Of a DNA stretch of 64,000 nt, positions 62,361-64,000 are shown in pieces. Numbering within the stretch: position 1 is the first letter of the stretch; each line of letters starts with the position of its first letter. The translations under genes and the position numbers were made by a program. Below the pieces are notes generated by a model, which saw nothing but the letters and a program-made list of their open reading frames with translations, had not been told where the DNA came from and ran no database searches. Origin of the DNA: Macrostomum lignano (lineage: Eukaryota); the NCBI GenBank assembly GCA_002269645.1, contig NIVC01001363.1, forward strand, positions 1 to 64,000. Direction: 5' to 3'.

Positions 62361-63064
62361 TATCAAAATCGGTGGCAGCAAACGAAAGTTCTGCCAATCT
62401 GTGTGACAAGCTGCTCTGCATGTCTGAAACCTGTTGTAACTGAGACTGAACTGGTAGACAAGTTGCTAAAAATGAGGAAAAGAAAGCTAAGAGTCCACAC
62501 ACGCAGCTCGTGCGGGATGTGAGCTGCTGCTTGTCAAAGCGGCTGCCCACCTGTGATTTATGGCCCCGCAACTCGCTACTGAGCGCTTTGAGTTTTGCCG
62601 CAGCGCTGCCGCCATTGGCTGAGGCATAGAGATCTAGAACTAGAATTAGAACTACTGGTGAGCTAGAACTACATGTAGAACTACTAGATCTAGATTTCCT
62701 TGGCTGAGGCTTTGAGTTTTGCCGCAGCGCTGCCGCCATTGGCTGAGGCCTCGAGAGCTGCGGTGGGGAATCTCGGGGAGGATCTGAGTTCACTCCACGA
62801 ACCGGTTGCGTCCCTGCGCCGTCTATAAGTCTGGCGGGCCTTCCCGAGCTGTCACATTAAAAATATCCCTGTGCATGTTTGCTATAAATTGTTTTAAACT
62901 GCAAATCGCCGCAGAAATTGCTTAAAATCCAAAACCGGTGTGAAGAGAGGATCTGTGTAGATAAAAAATTGAGCTGAATTTAGTAACAGATTTCACAGGT
63001 GGGTCAGCGTTTGTTGCTAAGTGCAGCACTGGGGTTTTGAGGACCAAAGCAAGAGGGAAGCAGA

Positions 63065-63720
63065 GAGAGGTGGATGAGACTGAGAGAGGTGAGATGAGAC
63101 TGAGAGAGGTGAGATGAGACTGAGAGAGGTGAGATGAGACTGAGAGAGGTGAGATGAGACTGAGATAGGTGAGATGAGACTGAGAGAGGTGAGATGAGAC
63201 TGAGAGAGGTGAGATGAGACTGAGATAGGTGAGATGAGACTGAGATAGGTAAGATGAGACTGAGAGAGGTGAGATGAGACTGAGAGAGGTGAGATGAGAC
63301 TGAGATAGGTGAGATGAGACTGAGATAGGTGAGATGAGACTGAGATAGGTGAGATGAGACTGAGATAGGTGAGATGAGACGAGAGAGGTGAGATGAGACT
63401 GAGATAGGTGAGATGAGACGAGAGAGGTGAGATGAGACTGAGAGAGATGAGATGAGATGGAGATAGGTGAGATGAGACTGAGATAGGTGAGATGAGACTG
63501 AGATAGGTGAGATGAGACTGAGAGAGGTGAGATGAGACTGAGATAGGTGAGATGAGACTGAGATAGGTGAGATGAGACTGAGATAGGTGAGATGAGACGA
63601 GAGAGGTGAGATGAGACTGAGAGAGATGAGATGAGATTGAGATAGGTGAGATGAGACTGAGATAGGTGAGATGAGACTGAGATAGATGAGATGAGACTGA
63701 GAGAGGTGAGATGAGACTAG
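63065..63720. repeat. 20-bp minisatellite GAGACTGAGA(G/T)AGGTGAGAT
   Basis: Tandem periodicity just outside the right arm; a faint reverse-complement remnant lies at about 34500-34546. Confidence 0.95.
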
Positions 63721-64000
63721 GAAAAGTTAGATAAGATGAGGTTCAGAAGCGAGAGTCGGTATTAAGTGCCCAGCAAGCTGGTGCCCATTATCCAGTCAAA
63801 CCAGACCCATAAGTCGTAGAGCGAGTTATGGGACTCGCTGTCTCTGCAAGGATTCGATGTACTTTAGAGTCAAAGCTTGGCATTCATTGGCATGGGTGGT
63901 CCAGTTTGATTCTACTGTTACGGAAAGGAAAACTCAAACAGCATTCATTGAATGTGGCAGTCCCTTGGCTTGACTGGGTGAAATGATTTATGGCAGGCCA

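Larger units (their letters stand above)
52298..62863 (-). repeat. right arm of the large inverted duplication
   Basis: Reverse complement of 34547-45007, with VNTR length differences and several structural indels. Confidence 0.96.

Noticed and set aside
34547-62863. Palindrome as a long-read fold-back chimera or simple assembly artefact
   Set aside because: The arms differ by structured indels, VNTR lengths and mostly synonymous coding changes, and a 7.3-kb spacer has its own gene. Read-level confirmation is still desirable.

Overview
Eukaryotic (animal) genomic DNA, very rich in micro- and minisatellites, with spliceosomal introns. The style is consistent with an invertebrate such as a Macrostomum-like flatworm; this is inference only. 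Bases 1-10.5 kb are a 22-bp satellite. Between 10.5 and 34 kb, short unique islands sit among simple repeats. They carry a first coding exon of a neuronal calcium sensor, a first coding exon of an ankyrin-repeat gene and a complete two-exon SNAPC1-like gene. The main feature is an imperfect palindrome of about 28 kb (arms about 34.5-45.0 kb and 52.3-62.9 kb, spacer about 7.3 kb). Each arm carries a head-to-head pair of RNA-binding regulators: a three-exon, 121-aa TIS11/ZFP36-type tandem CCCH gene (missed by the ORF track because it is spliced) and a nanos-type (CCHC)2 gene. Between the two genes lies a minisatellite built from GC-box and CCAAT-like motifs. The spacer holds a third, more divergent TIS11-type gene, and a decayed nanos relic lies just outside the left arm. 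The right-arm nanos has lost its start exon, and its ancestral frame carries a stop and a frameshift. A new 309-aa frame nevertheless reads the Gln-repeat DNA as a Ser-rich tract and re-enters the intact zinc finger. Most long ORFs in the track are artefacts of repeats.
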